Shown: positions 19,596 to 29,945, counted from the stretch's first letter. The stretch: 64,000 nucleotides of DNA from Arcanobacterium sp. (GCA_022768785.1 JALELI010000125.1:1865-65864); one strand, 5' to 3'. Numbers and translations: made by a program. The notes: generated by a model from the sequence alone, not told the origin.

Positions 19596-21659
19596 CTATT
19601 TCACAGAAACTTCACTAATACGAATGCGATTCTCTCCAGAGGAATCTTTCGGCATGCGAGTAACCCAGATAAGCACAGAATCAGTAGAAACTTTTTGGGG
19701 TGCCGTGAGCGTGGTGGTTTCGCTCACTTCTGCTTGAGTGATCACTGTGCCTCCAGCAGGATTCGCCTGGTTGTAGGCTCGCCACTGGATTTGCCCACCC
19801 TTGCTGGCGGTTGTGAGGCTCACTGAAGTGAGGCTAGCAGGTTCTTTGAGTTTAATGAGCAAACCGAATTGATCAGTGGCAGAGAGTTCTGGGTTGTTGA
19901 AAAACCACGATTGAAATACGGTGCTGGGATTGCCATCTGCCACTTTAGGTGCATCGGCAAAAAGCCGCGCAGCACTAGCAACATCTTTGATTGCTGGATC
20001 TGCAGAGATAAAAGATGCTGATTCAATTTGTGGTAATGGCGCAGAAGGGGGCGTGGCCGCCTCAGAACGTGCGGCAGACCCACCATTTCCAGCCGGCGCT
20101 TTTTGGTTTTGGCTGGAGCCAGTGGTGGAATCTGGAGGAGCCACTTTCACTGGATCGAGCGGAGCAAAAAGCCTGATCATACCCAAAATGAGGGCGATGA
20201 AAACTCCCACGGCAAACAGTGCAATCACCGCTGTGGAAACGCGTATACTCGAGGAACCAGTGGAAACAATTGCTTCTGAAGGGAGCTCTCCAAAGCGCCT
20301 GCTCGATTCTAATGGAGCCTCTTCATTTGCCTCTGCCATCTCTCCCAAGCTGGCTGAAAGCGAGGTGCTAGCAGCGCTAGTTGAATCAGCACCCGAAGCG
20401 GCCTGCGAATGTTCCGGAGTGGCCTGTGAATCTGGGACAGCCTGTGAATCTAAAGAATCCGCTGGTGGAGCGTGCACAGTGTAACTTGGCAGGGCAAGGG
20501 CACTATCCAAATTTTCTGGGTTGCTGGCATCAGGCTCTGCGATATCAGATTCTATGGCATCTACGGCATCGGGCTCTGGAGAAATCTCATGAACGCTATC
20601 TGCTTCGTGTGCTGCCTCGGGATCCGGTTCTTCGAGATTTGCTTCTGTAGCTCCCTCAAGATCCATTTCCTCGGTGTTCTGGGCTCCCTCGTTGGTGCCA
20701 GCACTGCTGCCAGCTTCGTCGTCATCATCAGATTGATGAGGATCTTCACGCACTTCCAGATCGGTTTCTCCGGAATTGCCGTCGGAAGCTTGAGAATTCT
20801 GCGCTGGATCCGGCCATTGTGGCACGAGAGCTGGTGAGGAGGCCCCCGGAGCGAGCGAGCCACCCAATTGGGAAATTTCTGCGGGCTGGTGGAAATTCGG
20901 CAGCAGCGCCACATCGATATCCCCCCACGGCACGATCTTACGCAAGAGATCTGCTGGCGATTGTGGGCCGAAGCCGATAGCTTCTGAGTGAAACACGTCC
21001 CGCAGGCGGTCTGGCAGATCGGAGCGTTGTGCAGTGCTCTCGATAAGGCTTTGATGGGAGTCGGGATCTTCAGGGAAATCTTTTCCGGCGAGCAATGCGG
21101 CGTAGAACACCAGCAAGCCACGAGTTTCTGCGCGGTCTAGCTCAGTGCTCAGCGATTCAGTGTGGGCTCCTGCCAATCCCGCCATAGTGGCCACGCCATC
21201 GAGCATCAGCTCGCCCGAATCAGAGATAAAGATATGCGATGCCTGGAGCTGAAGATGCCGCAATCCCTGGTGGCGAGCATGGTTGATCACCGAGGTGGTC
21301 TCTCCGATAATCGCGGTGACCACCTCGGGAGGAAGTGGAGCTCCAGTGAGGCTGCGATCAAGGCTAGTTCCAATAGGAAATTCAGTGAAAAAAGCGCTGG
21401 CAGAATCGTCATCTACCACAAAGAGCACAGCAGCGGCGTGAGGATCCTCAAAGAGGCCTGCTTTTCGGGCGGCGTCGATCGCGAGGGCGCGGTGCGGGTG
21501 ATCATGAGGAATCACCACGGCTCGCAGCTCCTGAGATAGCACAGTGTCGATAGCTTTCCAAGTGCTCACGCCGTAACGCTCATAAGAATCAGCGAAAGGT
21601 GTGGCGAGCTCAAAACGATCGGCAATTCGCCGCCCCGCCACTGGCGTGTTAGTGTTCAC
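19596..21659 (-). CDS. Membrane protein with N-terminal pseudokinase domain, acidic linker, TM helix and extracellular beta-sandwich
   Basis: ADRFEL...WKAIDTVLSQEL kinase-like N-lobe without VAIK/HRD/DFG; position matches the kinase-like gene that normally follows murJ. Confidence 0.7.
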   Translation of the reverse strand: MNTNTPVAGRRIADRFELATPFADSYERYGVSTWKAIDTVLSQELRAVVIPHDHPHRALAIDAARKAGLFEDPHAAAVLFVVDDDSASAFFTEFPIGTSLDRSLTGAPLPPEVVTAIIGETTSVINHARHQGLRHLQLQASHIFISDSGELMLDGVATMAGLAGAHTESLSTELDRAETRGLLVFYAALLAGKDFPEDPDSHQSLIESTAQRSDLPDRLRDVFHSEAIGFGPQSPADLLRKIVPWGDIDVALLPNFHQPAEISQLGGSLAPGASSPALVPQWPDPAQNSQASDGNSGETDLEVREDPHQSDDDDEAGSSAGTNEGAQNTEEMDLEGATEANLEEPDPEAAHEADSVHEISPEPDAVDAIESDIAEPDASNPENLDSALALPSYTVHAPPADSLDSQAVPDSQATPEHSQAASGADSTSAASTSLSASLGEMAEANEEAPLESSRRFGELPSEAIVSTGSSSIRVSTAVIALFAVGVFIALILGMIRLFAPLDPVKVAPPDSTTGSSQNQKAPAGNGGSAARSEAATPPSAPLPQIESASFISADPAIKDVASAARLFADAPKVADGNPSTVFQSWFFNNPELSATDQFGLLIKLKEPASLTSVSLTTASKGGQIQWRAYNQANPAGGTVITQAEVSETTTLTAPQKVSTDSVLIWVTRMPKDSSGENRIRISEVSVK

Positions 21660-21825
21660 CAGTTTCCCCCTTGATTCTCTGAGTAGGCCACATTGCTGCA
21701 ACTTCCTTAAGTGTATCGGCACAATCATAAACCGGCGAGTTTCCGCGTGGGAAAATTCTTCAGAGGAAAGTGCTCATACTGCATACTGCTGCATACTGCA
21801 CGTGCACACTTTCGTGGCAGGAGTG

Positions 21826-24219
21826 CTATGAATGTTGCTGAGCGGAGGCAAGCCCTTCCGTAAATGTGGTGTTTGAAATGGGCTTGGAGCGGCGGCCTTT
21901 ACGGGCTGAATGAATAATACCGATCACGAAAATGAGCAGCACAATACCCCCGAGAATGGCGGTGCCGATGCTCTCCCAGCTTGCGTGGAGCCAAATATTC
22001 ATAGGGCGAGAGGTGGCGAGCATGTGGGTGCCAGTATAGGTGAGCTGCGCCGTCACAGTGATCAAACCGGAACCACGAGCCTCTACAGGAATCTGCACGG
22101 TGCTGGTGTTGTCGGGCTTTAGCGAAATCGCTGTGTGATTCCCCTCCGCAAGCCGCGCATCGGGAATATCGAGAGTTGGAGTTACTGCTATAGGCACATT
22201 GAGATTGCTGTGCACCCGTATGGGAATCTGAGCCTGTTCAGCGATTAAATTGAGGCTTGCTGAGCTCTCAATATGCACATTTTTAGCGAGAAAAGCGGGA
22301 ATATCGAGGGTTGCGGCGAAGCGGGCCCGCGCTGCGGGATTGCTTCGCCAGTTAGTGGCAAGTAGCTGATAAGCCGCTAAGGCAGCAGTTTCGGAAAAAT
22401 CGGTGCCCACGGGAAAGGCTTTCTCGAGTTCGCGAGAATCGTTGAAAAATGTGGAGATCTGCTGCACTCCGGAAGTGCTGAGCTCGCCGGAGTTGCGGTG
22501 CGGATCTCGAGACGCCGTCCATTCACTGCGCTGTTCACGAGCGGGAAGCCGTGAGAGATCTGTGGGGCTGAGCCACGGGGCAGAGAGCAGAGTGGATATC
22601 CACCGAGCGAATTGGGAATGCGCTGTGGGATCCGTGGGATCTAAACATGGCACCTGCACCATTGCCACGAGTGAACGCTCTTGAGAGGGCGCCTGCCGAT
22701 AGAAGATAGCAGAGCTTGCCACAGCCACTGCTTCCGCGTTGAGGGCGGAAAGTGGAATCTGGTTTTCGGTGCTGGTGGGTGCCAGGAGGGTGCCTGAAAG
22801 AGCAGCGCTCACCGTGGGATTCGCCACTAGCGCTGGATAATCAGTATTTCCGCTGTGTATCACTCCCTGAGCGTCTGGGAAATAGAAGCTCTGCTCCCAT
22901 CCCAAACTGCGGGCAGACACAATAGGGGTGCCTGCGCTGTGGGCCTTCAAGAACGCTAGTGTGGTGGTATCTACGGCGCCGGAAAGTGGCACGAAAGCAG
23001 CAGCTTGAGATGCAGATCGTGGTGCGTTTGCACGTGGGGAGATCGCGTTTGTGCGAAGCGGGGCAGGGTTTGTGGCAGCTGCGCCGGCGGGAGTATCGGT
23101 GCCAGTGGCCGTGGGAGTGAGCCCGAAAAGCAATTTTCCTAACTGCCCAGCATTAGCGTGGGCGAGAGCGGAGATATCCGCATCAAATGGAGGCAAGAGA
23201 TATTCTTTAGCGCGTTGAAATTGCGGTGGCACCACAGCGGGTGCGGCGTCACTAACAGCTGAAGGAGATGGGTTTTTCCCATTATCGGGCGAGCTGGAAG
23301 TGTGTTCTGAGGTGGAGCTATGAGTTTCTGGGGCTGACGGCGTGAGTGGGGAAGAGCTCAAAGAGCGAGCTAACGCTTCTGAGCCCATTGGATCCCAAAA
23401 GAGATTCACCCCACTGTGATCCCAAGGTTGCCACGTGGAGGGAGTGGGCAAAGGCGCCGAATCAGTGGAAAGGCGCGCACCAGAGTTAGCGCGCCGCTGA
23501 GCGAGAGGTAAAAGTGATTCGAGCGGACCAGGGAGCTCCGAAAGTTGTGCAACTGAGGGAGTGCAGATCACGGCCACGGCAGCTGGAAAACGCGGGAGTG
23601 AAGAGTTTGTGCTGGTGGCCACCACTACGGTGCGTGCCGTGGCAGTTTGTGCAGTGCCAGCTGAATTTCCTGCAATCTGAACCTCTAGCCCGCGGGCTCC
23701 CCATTCGTACGACGAGGTATGCCACTGTCGATCGCTCGCTTTTAGTGCGAACGAGATAGTGGCATGCTCGCCTGCAGCCAGTGTGAGTGGGAGCTGCTGA
23801 TCTACTGTGGCCGTTTCTGGGAAAGTTTCGTGAGAGCTGCGGGAAAACCAGGAGTAGAGTTCAGAATCGTTAGCAAAAACTTGTGGAGAGCTAGCCAATG
23901 TGGCTCTGGTGATCTGTGCAGTAGCAGCTGAGTTGTTGGCGATATCTACGCGCACTGTGAGGGGAGTTTGAGCGCTGAGCAATAGTGAGCTGAGTGATGT
24001 GATAGTGACGGCGAGCGGCTCAGTCGAGAGTTTTTGAGCGGTTGTGTGAGCTGGAGCGCCAGTGGCATGAAGGGCAGCTGTGGTGATTTTTGGAGCCGAA
24101 GCAGTGTGCGGCGCAGCAAAAGCGGGCTGGATTCCACCGATTGGCTGTGCTATCAGTGTGATTGCACAGATGAGCACCCCAAATAAAACCGCCCAGCGGT
24201 GGCGAATGTGCACAGTCAC
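21826..24219 (-). CDS. DUF6049-like large secreted/membrane glycoprotein
   Basis: Signal peptide, WGARGLEV motif, C-terminal Ig-like region and TM (WESIGTAILGG); conserved NUDIX-DUF6049 synteny. Confidence 0.75.
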   Translation of the reverse strand: MTVHIRHRWAVLFGVLICAITLIAQPIGGIQPAFAAPHTASAPKITTAALHATGAPAHTTAQKLSTEPLAVTITSLSSLLLSAQTPLTVRVDIANNSAATAQITRATLASSPQVFANDSELYSWFSRSSHETFPETATVDQQLPLTLAAGEHATISFALKASDRQWHTSSYEWGARGLEVQIAGNSAGTAQTATARTVVVATSTNSSLPRFPAAVAVICTPSVAQLSELPGPLESLLPLAQRRANSGARLSTDSAPLPTPSTWQPWDHSGVNLFWDPMGSEALARSLSSSPLTPSAPETHSSTSEHTSSSPDNGKNPSPSAVSDAAPAVVPPQFQRAKEYLLPPFDADISALAHANAGQLGKLLFGLTPTATGTDTPAGAAATNPAPLRTNAISPRANAPRSASQAAAFVPLSGAVDTTTLAFLKAHSAGTPIVSARSLGWEQSFYFPDAQGVIHSGNTDYPALVANPTVSAALSGTLLAPTSTENQIPLSALNAEAVAVASSAIFYRQAPSQERSLVAMVQVPCLDPTDPTAHSQFARWISTLLSAPWLSPTDLSRLPAREQRSEWTASRDPHRNSGELSTSGVQQISTFFNDSRELEKAFPVGTDFSETAALAAYQLLATNWRSNPAARARFAATLDIPAFLAKNVHIESSASLNLIAEQAQIPIRVHSNLNVPIAVTPTLDIPDARLAEGNHTAISLKPDNTSTVQIPVEARGSGLITVTAQLTYTGTHMLATSRPMNIWLHASWESIGTAILGGIVLLIFVIGIIHSARKGRRSKPISNTTFTEGLASAQQHS

Positions 24220-24752
24220 GCTCCTTTCAATAAATCACGTGCCATACTCACGATTTTGCGCTCATTGGGATAGGCGAGGCGGGAAGCCACTGTGGCGAGT
24301 GGCACCCATTCTGCCTTCTCTGCTTCATGATCTGGATCTCCTTCAACCCCGATAGTTCCAGAAATCGCCTCGAGAAGATAGTGGTGCACCACCTTGTGAA
24401 TCCGATGGTGGTGGCCAGAAAACCAATAGTCGATAGTGGTGAGATGCTTGAGTGCCCGGCCAAAAATCCCAGTTTCTTCGCTCACTTCTCGAACGGCTGC
24501 TTGAGCGGGAGTTTCATTACCTTCCAGGTGCCCTTTAGGAAGGCACCACTCAAGGCGCCCAGCACGATTCCGGCGGGCGATCACCGCCACATATGCCTCG
24601 CCGTCTCGCACCGCCACAATTACGCCGCCAGCTGAGGTTTCATTTGCCACCGGCAATGTGTGCTCTGAGTGATCAAACGATTCCCACGTATGCGCTCGCC
24701 GCATACCTTTGGGCGGGTGTGGTTTAGGAGCCCTCTTCTTTCTTTCTGCCAT
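24216..24752 (-). CDS. NUDIX hydrolase
   Basis: Nudix box GHLEGNETPAQAAVREVSEETG; ETSAGG. Confidence 0.92.
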   Translation of the reverse strand: MAERKKRAPKPHPPKGMRRAHTWESFDHSEHTLPVANETSAGGVIVAVRDGEAYVAVIARRNRAGRLEWCLPKGHLEGNETPAQAAVREVSEETGIFGRALKHLTTIDYWFSGHHHRIHKVVHHYLLEAISGTIGVEGDPDHEAEKAEWVPLATVASRLAYPNERKIVSMARDLLKGA

Positions 24753-24822
24753 TTTTATCACGCCACTTAGCGCCTGCGGGGGCAACGTGTCTAAATACGA
24801 AAAAATGTGACACCCTAAGAGG

Positions 24823-26313
24823 GTGACATTTCTCGAACCAGATTCAGTTGTTCCACAAGCAAACTCCACCGCTGGTGTGAACCAGCGTGCTCGCGTGCTC
24901 GCTCATGGCCACCAGGCCCTGAATGCGCTGCCGCGAACTATTCTTGAACTAGGATCTATTTTCGCACGTAACGGATCAGAATTGGCACTTGTTGGTGGGC
25001 CAGTTCGTGATGCGTTTTTAGATCGCCCAATTCACGATTTTGATTTCACCACCTCTGCAATGCCGGAAGAGACTATTCGCCTGCTTAATCTCTGGGGAGA
25101 CGCCGTTTGGGATATTGGCAAAGATTTCGGCACTATCGGAGCTGCAAAATCTGGTTTCACGGTGGAAGTTACCACCTACCGAAGTGAAAAATATGATCCG
25201 GCTTCCCGCAAACCTGAGGTGCGCTACGGGGATTCTTTAGAGGGAGATCTCACGCGCCGTGATTTCACTGTGAATGCAATGGCAGTGCGGCTTCCTTCGC
25301 TGGAGCTTGTGGATCCGTGTGGGGGGCTCACTGATCTCATAGCGGGAGTACTGCGCACGCCAGCGGCTGCCACACAATCTTTTAGCGACGATCCGCTGCG
25401 TATTATGCGCGCCGCGCGCTTTGCTGCTCAGCTGGGGTTCGACGTCACTGAAGATGTGCTGATGGCGATGGAAGAGCTCGCTGATAGATTGCATATCGTT
25501 TCGGCTGAGCGAGTGCAAGCAGAGCTCACCCGATTGATCACAGCACCTGCGCCACGGCGAGGGATCGAGCTGCTGGTGTACACCGGAGTGGCGGATATCG
25601 TGCTGCCTGAGGTGGCGAACTTACGCAATTTAGTAGATGAGCACGGGCGGCATAAAGATGTGTATGAGCACACCCTCACGGTGCTCGATCAAGCAATTGC
25701 CCTAGAAACTGGCGCAGATGGGCCAGTGCCGCGCCCAGATTTTCTGCTGCGCTTTGCCGCACTGATGCACGATGTGGGGAAACCGGCCACCCGTAAATTT
25801 GAGAAGAATGGCACAGTGAGTTTCTATAACCACGATCTTGTGGGTGCGCGGCTCACTGCCAAACGTATGAAAGCCTTACGCTTCGATAAGCAAAGTGTGA
25901 AAGACGTCTCTCGCCTGGTGGAGATGCATCTGCGATTTCATGGCTATGGCGAGCAGAAGTGGAGTGATTCAGCGGTGCGGCGCTACGTGGCCGATGCCGG
26001 TGCTCTTTACGAACGGCTCAATAGGCTCACCCGTGCGGATTCCACCACACAAAATAAGCGCAAAGCACGCTGGTTGCAGGCGGCGATGGACGATCTTGAG
26101 CAGCGCGTGAAAGAGCTGAAAGAACAAGAGGAAATTGACGCAATTCGCCCCGAAATTGACGGGCGCGAGATTATGGATATTCTCGGTTTGCAACCCGGGC
26201 CGGCGGTGGGCAAAGCGCGAGCTTTTATGCTGAATTTACGGATTGAAGAAGGGGTATTAGGCAGGGAAGAAGCCATACGGCGTTTGCAGCAGTGGTGGAG
26301 TGAACAAAACTAG
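24823..26313 (+). CDS. cca: CCA tRNA nucleotidyltransferase
   Basis: LVGGPVRD, DFDFTT, DLTRRDFTVNAMA, DDPLRIMRAARF, HD domain LMHDVGKP. Confidence 0.95.
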   Translation: MTFLEPDSVVPQANSTAGVNQRARVLAHGHQALNALPRTILELGSIFARNGSELALVGGPVRDAFLDRPIHDFDFTTSAMPEETIRLLNLWGDAVWDIGKDFGTIGAAKSGFTVEVTTYRSEKYDPASRKPEVRYGDSLEGDLTRRDFTVNAMAVRLPSLELVDPCGGLTDLIAGVLRTPAAATQSFSDDPLRIMRAARFAAQLGFDVTEDVLMAMEELADRLHIVSAERVQAELTRLITAPAPRRGIELLVYTGVADIVLPEVANLRNLVDEHGRHKDVYEHTLTVLDQAIALETGADGPVPRPDFLLRFAALMHDVGKPATRKFEKNGTVSFYNHDLVGARLTAKRMKALRFDKQSVKDVSRLVEMHLRFHGYGEQKWSDSAVRRYVADAGALYERLNRLTRADSTTQNKRKARWLQAAMDDLEQRVKELKEQEEIDAIRPEIDGREIMDILGLQPGPAVGKARAFMLNLRIEEGVLGREEAIRRLQQWWSEQN

Positions 26314-26403
26314 TGCAACCACTAGTGCCAGTAGAAATTAGTTCAAAAATTCCCCCATGCGGGCTGTAGCATTAGACACGGCAGCACACAGCGGGAGGTG
26401 CAG

Positions 26404-27729
26404 ATGGATTCCGAGCAGAAATCGGTGCCGCATGGCATGCAGATCATGGTGGGTAGCGCGCTTTTTGGGGTGATGCTTTTTGCTCTACATTCAGTGGCTG
26501 ATGTGTTTACCCCACTCTTTCTTGCACTCACGCTAGTGCTCACGGTGCGGCCGATCACACGAAAACTACGAGCACATCATGTGCCGGGGTGGGTGGCTGC
26601 CACAATCTCATTCCTCACTCTGGTTATCCTTTTTGGTGGTGTGGTTTCACTCCTGGTGTGGGCATTCACTCCAGTGCCGCAAACCCTTGTGAACTACAGT
26701 GCTAATTTTGAGCGCACGCTCAACGCCGCACGTGATTTCTTGCAGTCGAAAGGTGTGCACACAGCAGATCTGTCGATCTATCTGAATCAGCTAAATTTCA
26801 ATTCAGTGATTTCGTGGGCGTGGAGTTTGCTCGATTCATTGCGTTCGGTGGGCGGCCTGCTCGCTATCGTGATCGTGGCTTTGCTGTTTTTCACAGTAGA
26901 TACCACCACGTTGTTCTCGCGCTCGAATATCACTCGCCGGGCTCATTCGCATATTGCACAGGCCCTCGAAGGGTTTGAGAAGCGAGTGCGGCACTACTGG
27001 ATTATATCCACAGTATTTGGCCTGATTGTGGCAGTGATTGATGTGTTTGCGCTGAGCATTTTGGGGGTGCCGTTGCCGCTCACGTGGGGAATGTGGGCTT
27101 TTATCACGAACTACATTCCAAATTTGGGTTTTGTGATCGGCGTGATTCCGCCAATGATAATGGGGCTCGTGGATTCGGGTTGGCAAACGCTGGTGTGGGT
27201 GATGGTGCTCTACTCGGTAATCAACGTGGTGATCCAAACGTTTATTCAGCCGAAGCTCACTGGCGATGTTGTAGGGCTATCTCCCTCAGTTACTTTCGTT
27301 TCACTTGTACTATGGACTTCTGTGGTGGGGTGGCTAGGATCGCTACTCGCCGTGCCGCTCACGTTATTTTTTAAAGCTCTCCTCGTGGATTCTGATCCAC
27401 GCACCCAATGGCTCGATGTTTTCCTCATCTCAGAGAGCGATACGCGCCGCAAAGCAGAAGCAGGGCTATATGATGCCGATCCTCCGGCCGCGGCTGCTGA
27501 AGTGGATTTCCATGCCACAGCTAGTTTGGCAGCGCTGAGGCAGCAGCGGCGCCAGCGGCAGCGCAATGCCACAGAGCGGCCGAGCCGGAGTATGCGTTGG
27601 CAGCTAGCCACCTGGAGTGCCAACATTCGCCGTTCCCGTTCTCAGACTGCTGAAGGGCGTATTACCACACAAACTACACAAAAAGAAAGTGACCCCAATG
27701 AAGGCGCATCCGGTGAAAAGCGTGACTGA
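26404..27729 (+). CDS. AI-2E family transporter
   Basis: Multiple TM helices, AFITNYIPNLG, IQPKLTGDVVGLSP, LLAVPLT. Confidence 0.9.
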   Translation: MDSEQKSVPHGMQIMVGSALFGVMLFALHSVADVFTPLFLALTLVLTVRPITRKLRAHHVPGWVAATISFLTLVILFGGVVSLLVWAFTPVPQTLVNYSANFERTLNAARDFLQSKGVHTADLSIYLNQLNFNSVISWAWSLLDSLRSVGGLLAIVIVALLFFTVDTTTLFSRSNITRRAHSHIAQALEGFEKRVRHYWIISTVFGLIVAVIDVFALSILGVPLPLTWGMWAFITNYIPNLGFVIGVIPPMIMGLVDSGWQTLVWVMVLYSVINVVIQTFIQPKLTGDVVGLSPSVTFVSLVLWTSVVGWLGSLLAVPLTLFFKALLVDSDPRTQWLDVFLISESDTRRKAEAGLYDADPPAAAAEVDFHATASLAALRQQRRQRQRNATERPSRSMRWQLATWSANIRRSRSQTAEGRITTQTTQKESDPNEGASGEKRD

Positions 27730-29797
27730 GGTGCACTGGATTCCATACGTTGATTCACAAGCGGATCAGGCTGCACAGAGTACGCCCACACCTGCGGCGC
27801 GCTCGCGCACAGCTCAGCACAAAAACGGCAAGCGGCAGCAGCGACGCCATACAGTGAGCAAAATTATTTGGCGCACGCTTTTAGTGTTGTTGGCCACTGC
27901 AGTGGGTGTAGTTGTGGGGGCATATGTGATGGCAAGCGTGCCCGATCCGGCAAAACTGGCGTTGCCTAAAGCTGGCACGATTTATTTTGCAGATGGCACC
28001 ACTCCGATTGGCACACTAACGACTCCGCACCGCACTGTGGTGCCCGCTGAAAAAATAGCTCCAGTGATGCGCGCAGCAGTGATTGCTAGTGAAGATCCTC
28101 TATTTGAACGGCGGCCCGCCGCAAATTTTGCGGGTATGGCAAGCCGTTGGTGGGAATCCCTGTGGGGTGGTGGCGGAGCGAGCGAAGAATCACTCACAGA
28201 TAAATTTGTGCAAGCGGCAAGTGCAAATGCCAAAGCGCCAGTGTTTGAAGTACTGCGTGATGCTTTTTTGCCGGTGAAGATTGATCATGCTCTGAGCAAA
28301 GAGCAAATCGTGGCAGCGTATCTCAACACCGCCTATTTTGGCCGTGGTGCATACGGGGTGGAAGCTGGTGCACAAGCATATTTTGGTGTGAGTGCGCAAA
28401 GTTTATCCACTGCACAAGCGGTGTTGCTAGCTGCTGTACTGCCGGCCCCCTCCGCTTGGGATCCTGCCTATGATAGCGCCCAGGCCCATAAGCAGTTTGA
28501 AGCGGTAAAAGTGGCGATGGTGAAGGCCGGTGTACTCAGCCAAAGTGCTGCTGATGCAGTTGAGTTTCCTGCGGTGTTACCGTATTCGGGCGTAGGTGCT
28601 GTGAGCGGTGCTAATGGCTATTTAGTATCGATGGTGCGCGAAGAGCTTCTCACTGTAGCTCGCCTTGCTCCCGCAGTGATTGAGCGGGGTGGGATTAGCG
28701 TGGTTACCACGATTGATGCAGCTACTCAGCAGAAAGCGGTGAACGCCGTCAATGCAGCAGCGAACGGAAGACCTGCGAATTTTCAAACTGGTCTTTTTGC
28801 GATGAACCCTAAAAATGGGGAAGTGCTGGCGGCTTATGGAGGCGCAGATTTTGCGAAGCGCCGCGTGAATAACGCCACAGATCAGCGTGTTCCGGCGGGA
28901 AGCCCCTTTAAAATCTTTGGTTTAATCGAGAATTTTGAAAATGATCTCGGTGTGAACAACACCTACTACCACTACATCTCAGGATATGTGTATGGCGAAA
29001 ATTATCTCAGCATTCCTGATGTGCCTGGTGGAGTGCTGAGCATCGCAGATGCTACAAAATTTAATATCAACGATGTGTTCGTGCGGCTCGGTGGCGATGT
29101 GGGCACCGATACGATTATGAAACGGGCCGTTGCTTTGGGAATTCCTGCGCAGGCGTCTGGCCTCACGGATAAAAAAGCTAACCTCCTTGGCGCTGCGCGA
29201 GTGACGGCGCGCGAGATGGCCCGCGCGTATGCTGCAGTGGCGAATAACGGTGTGCTTACGATGCCGCACGCTGTGCGAGAAGTGCGTGATGCGGCTGGTG
29301 CAGTTATTTACACAGGTGGTGCCCGCGAAACTCAAGTGATGAAAGCCGAGACGGCGAAACTTTCCACGTATTTGCTGCAAACTCCGTTTACGAAAGATGG
29401 TGTGGCTTATGCAAATGGCCACGCCTTCGCAGAACGACACCCCGCTGCGGGATTGCCCTCTAACGGCGTAGACACTGAGGGTGCATGGTTTGTAGGCTAT
29501 ACGCCGTCGATCGTAACTGCAGTAGTGGGAACGCAACTGAGAGCTGATGGGACTTTAGCTGAATTGCAGCCATTCGGTGGGGCAGAGAATGTGGCGGGAA
29601 GCGGATATCCGCTGCAGGTATGGAGCGCTTTCATGCAGGCAGCCAGCGCGCATAAAACTGCCGAAAAATTTCCCGATGTGACCGAACTCGTGAAGAAAAC
29701 CACAAAGACTAATCCCGCTCCGGGCAGCGGAGCCCCCGAAGAGGGCGGAGCTTCCCAAGGGCACAGTGGATCTGCTGCTGGTGGATTAGCTGGCTGA
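27698..29797 (+). CDS. Class A penicillin-binding protein (PonA1 position) with degenerate catalytic motifs
   Basis: TM then GT51-like (EDPLF, YLNTAYFGRGAYGVEA) and transpeptidase-like (GSPFK, AWFVGYTP) domains; start codon uncertain. Confidence 0.85.
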   Translation: MKAHPVKSVTEVHWIPYVDSQADQAAQSTPTPAARSRTAQHKNGKRQQRRHTVSKIIWRTLLVLLATAVGVVVGAYVMASVPDPAKLALPKAGTIYFADGTTPIGTLTTPHRTVVPAEKIAPVMRAAVIASEDPLFERRPAANFAGMASRWWESLWGGGGASEESLTDKFVQAASANAKAPVFEVLRDAFLPVKIDHALSKEQIVAAYLNTAYFGRGAYGVEAGAQAYFGVSAQSLSTAQAVLLAAVLPAPSAWDPAYDSAQAHKQFEAVKVAMVKAGVLSQSAADAVEFPAVLPYSGVGAVSGANGYLVSMVREELLTVARLAPAVIERGGISVVTTIDAATQQKAVNAVNAAANGRPANFQTGLFAMNPKNGEVLAAYGGADFAKRRVNNATDQRVPAGSPFKIFGLIENFENDLGVNNTYYHYISGYVYGENYLSIPDVPGGVLSIADATKFNINDVFVRLGGDVGTDTIMKRAVALGIPAQASGLTDKKANLLGAARVTAREMARAYAAVANNGVLTMPHAVREVRDAAGAVIYTGGARETQVMKAETAKLSTYLLQTPFTKDGVAYANGHAFAERHPAAGLPSNGVDTEGAWFVGYTPSIVTAVVGTQLRADGTLAELQPFGGAENVAGSGYPLQVWSAFMQAASAHKTAEKFPDVTELVKKTTKTNPAPGSGAPEEGGASQGHSGSAAGGLAG

Positions 29798-29945
29798 GAG
29801 CACAGGTACAACAAAGGCTGAATGTAGTGAGGGAGCCTGCTCACTTTTGTGTGCGCATAGTGAGATTTTGCGATAAAATTACCGCTTGTATGTGGTCTGT
29901 ATACCTCAATTTGAGTGATGGTGCGCAGGCCATGTGCATTGCATG

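Noticed and set aside
20400-20460. Short GCCTGTGAATCT repeats in the pseudokinase gene
   Set aside because: Encode low-complexity DSQA linker repeats; not CRISPR-like (no regular spacers, inside a CDS)
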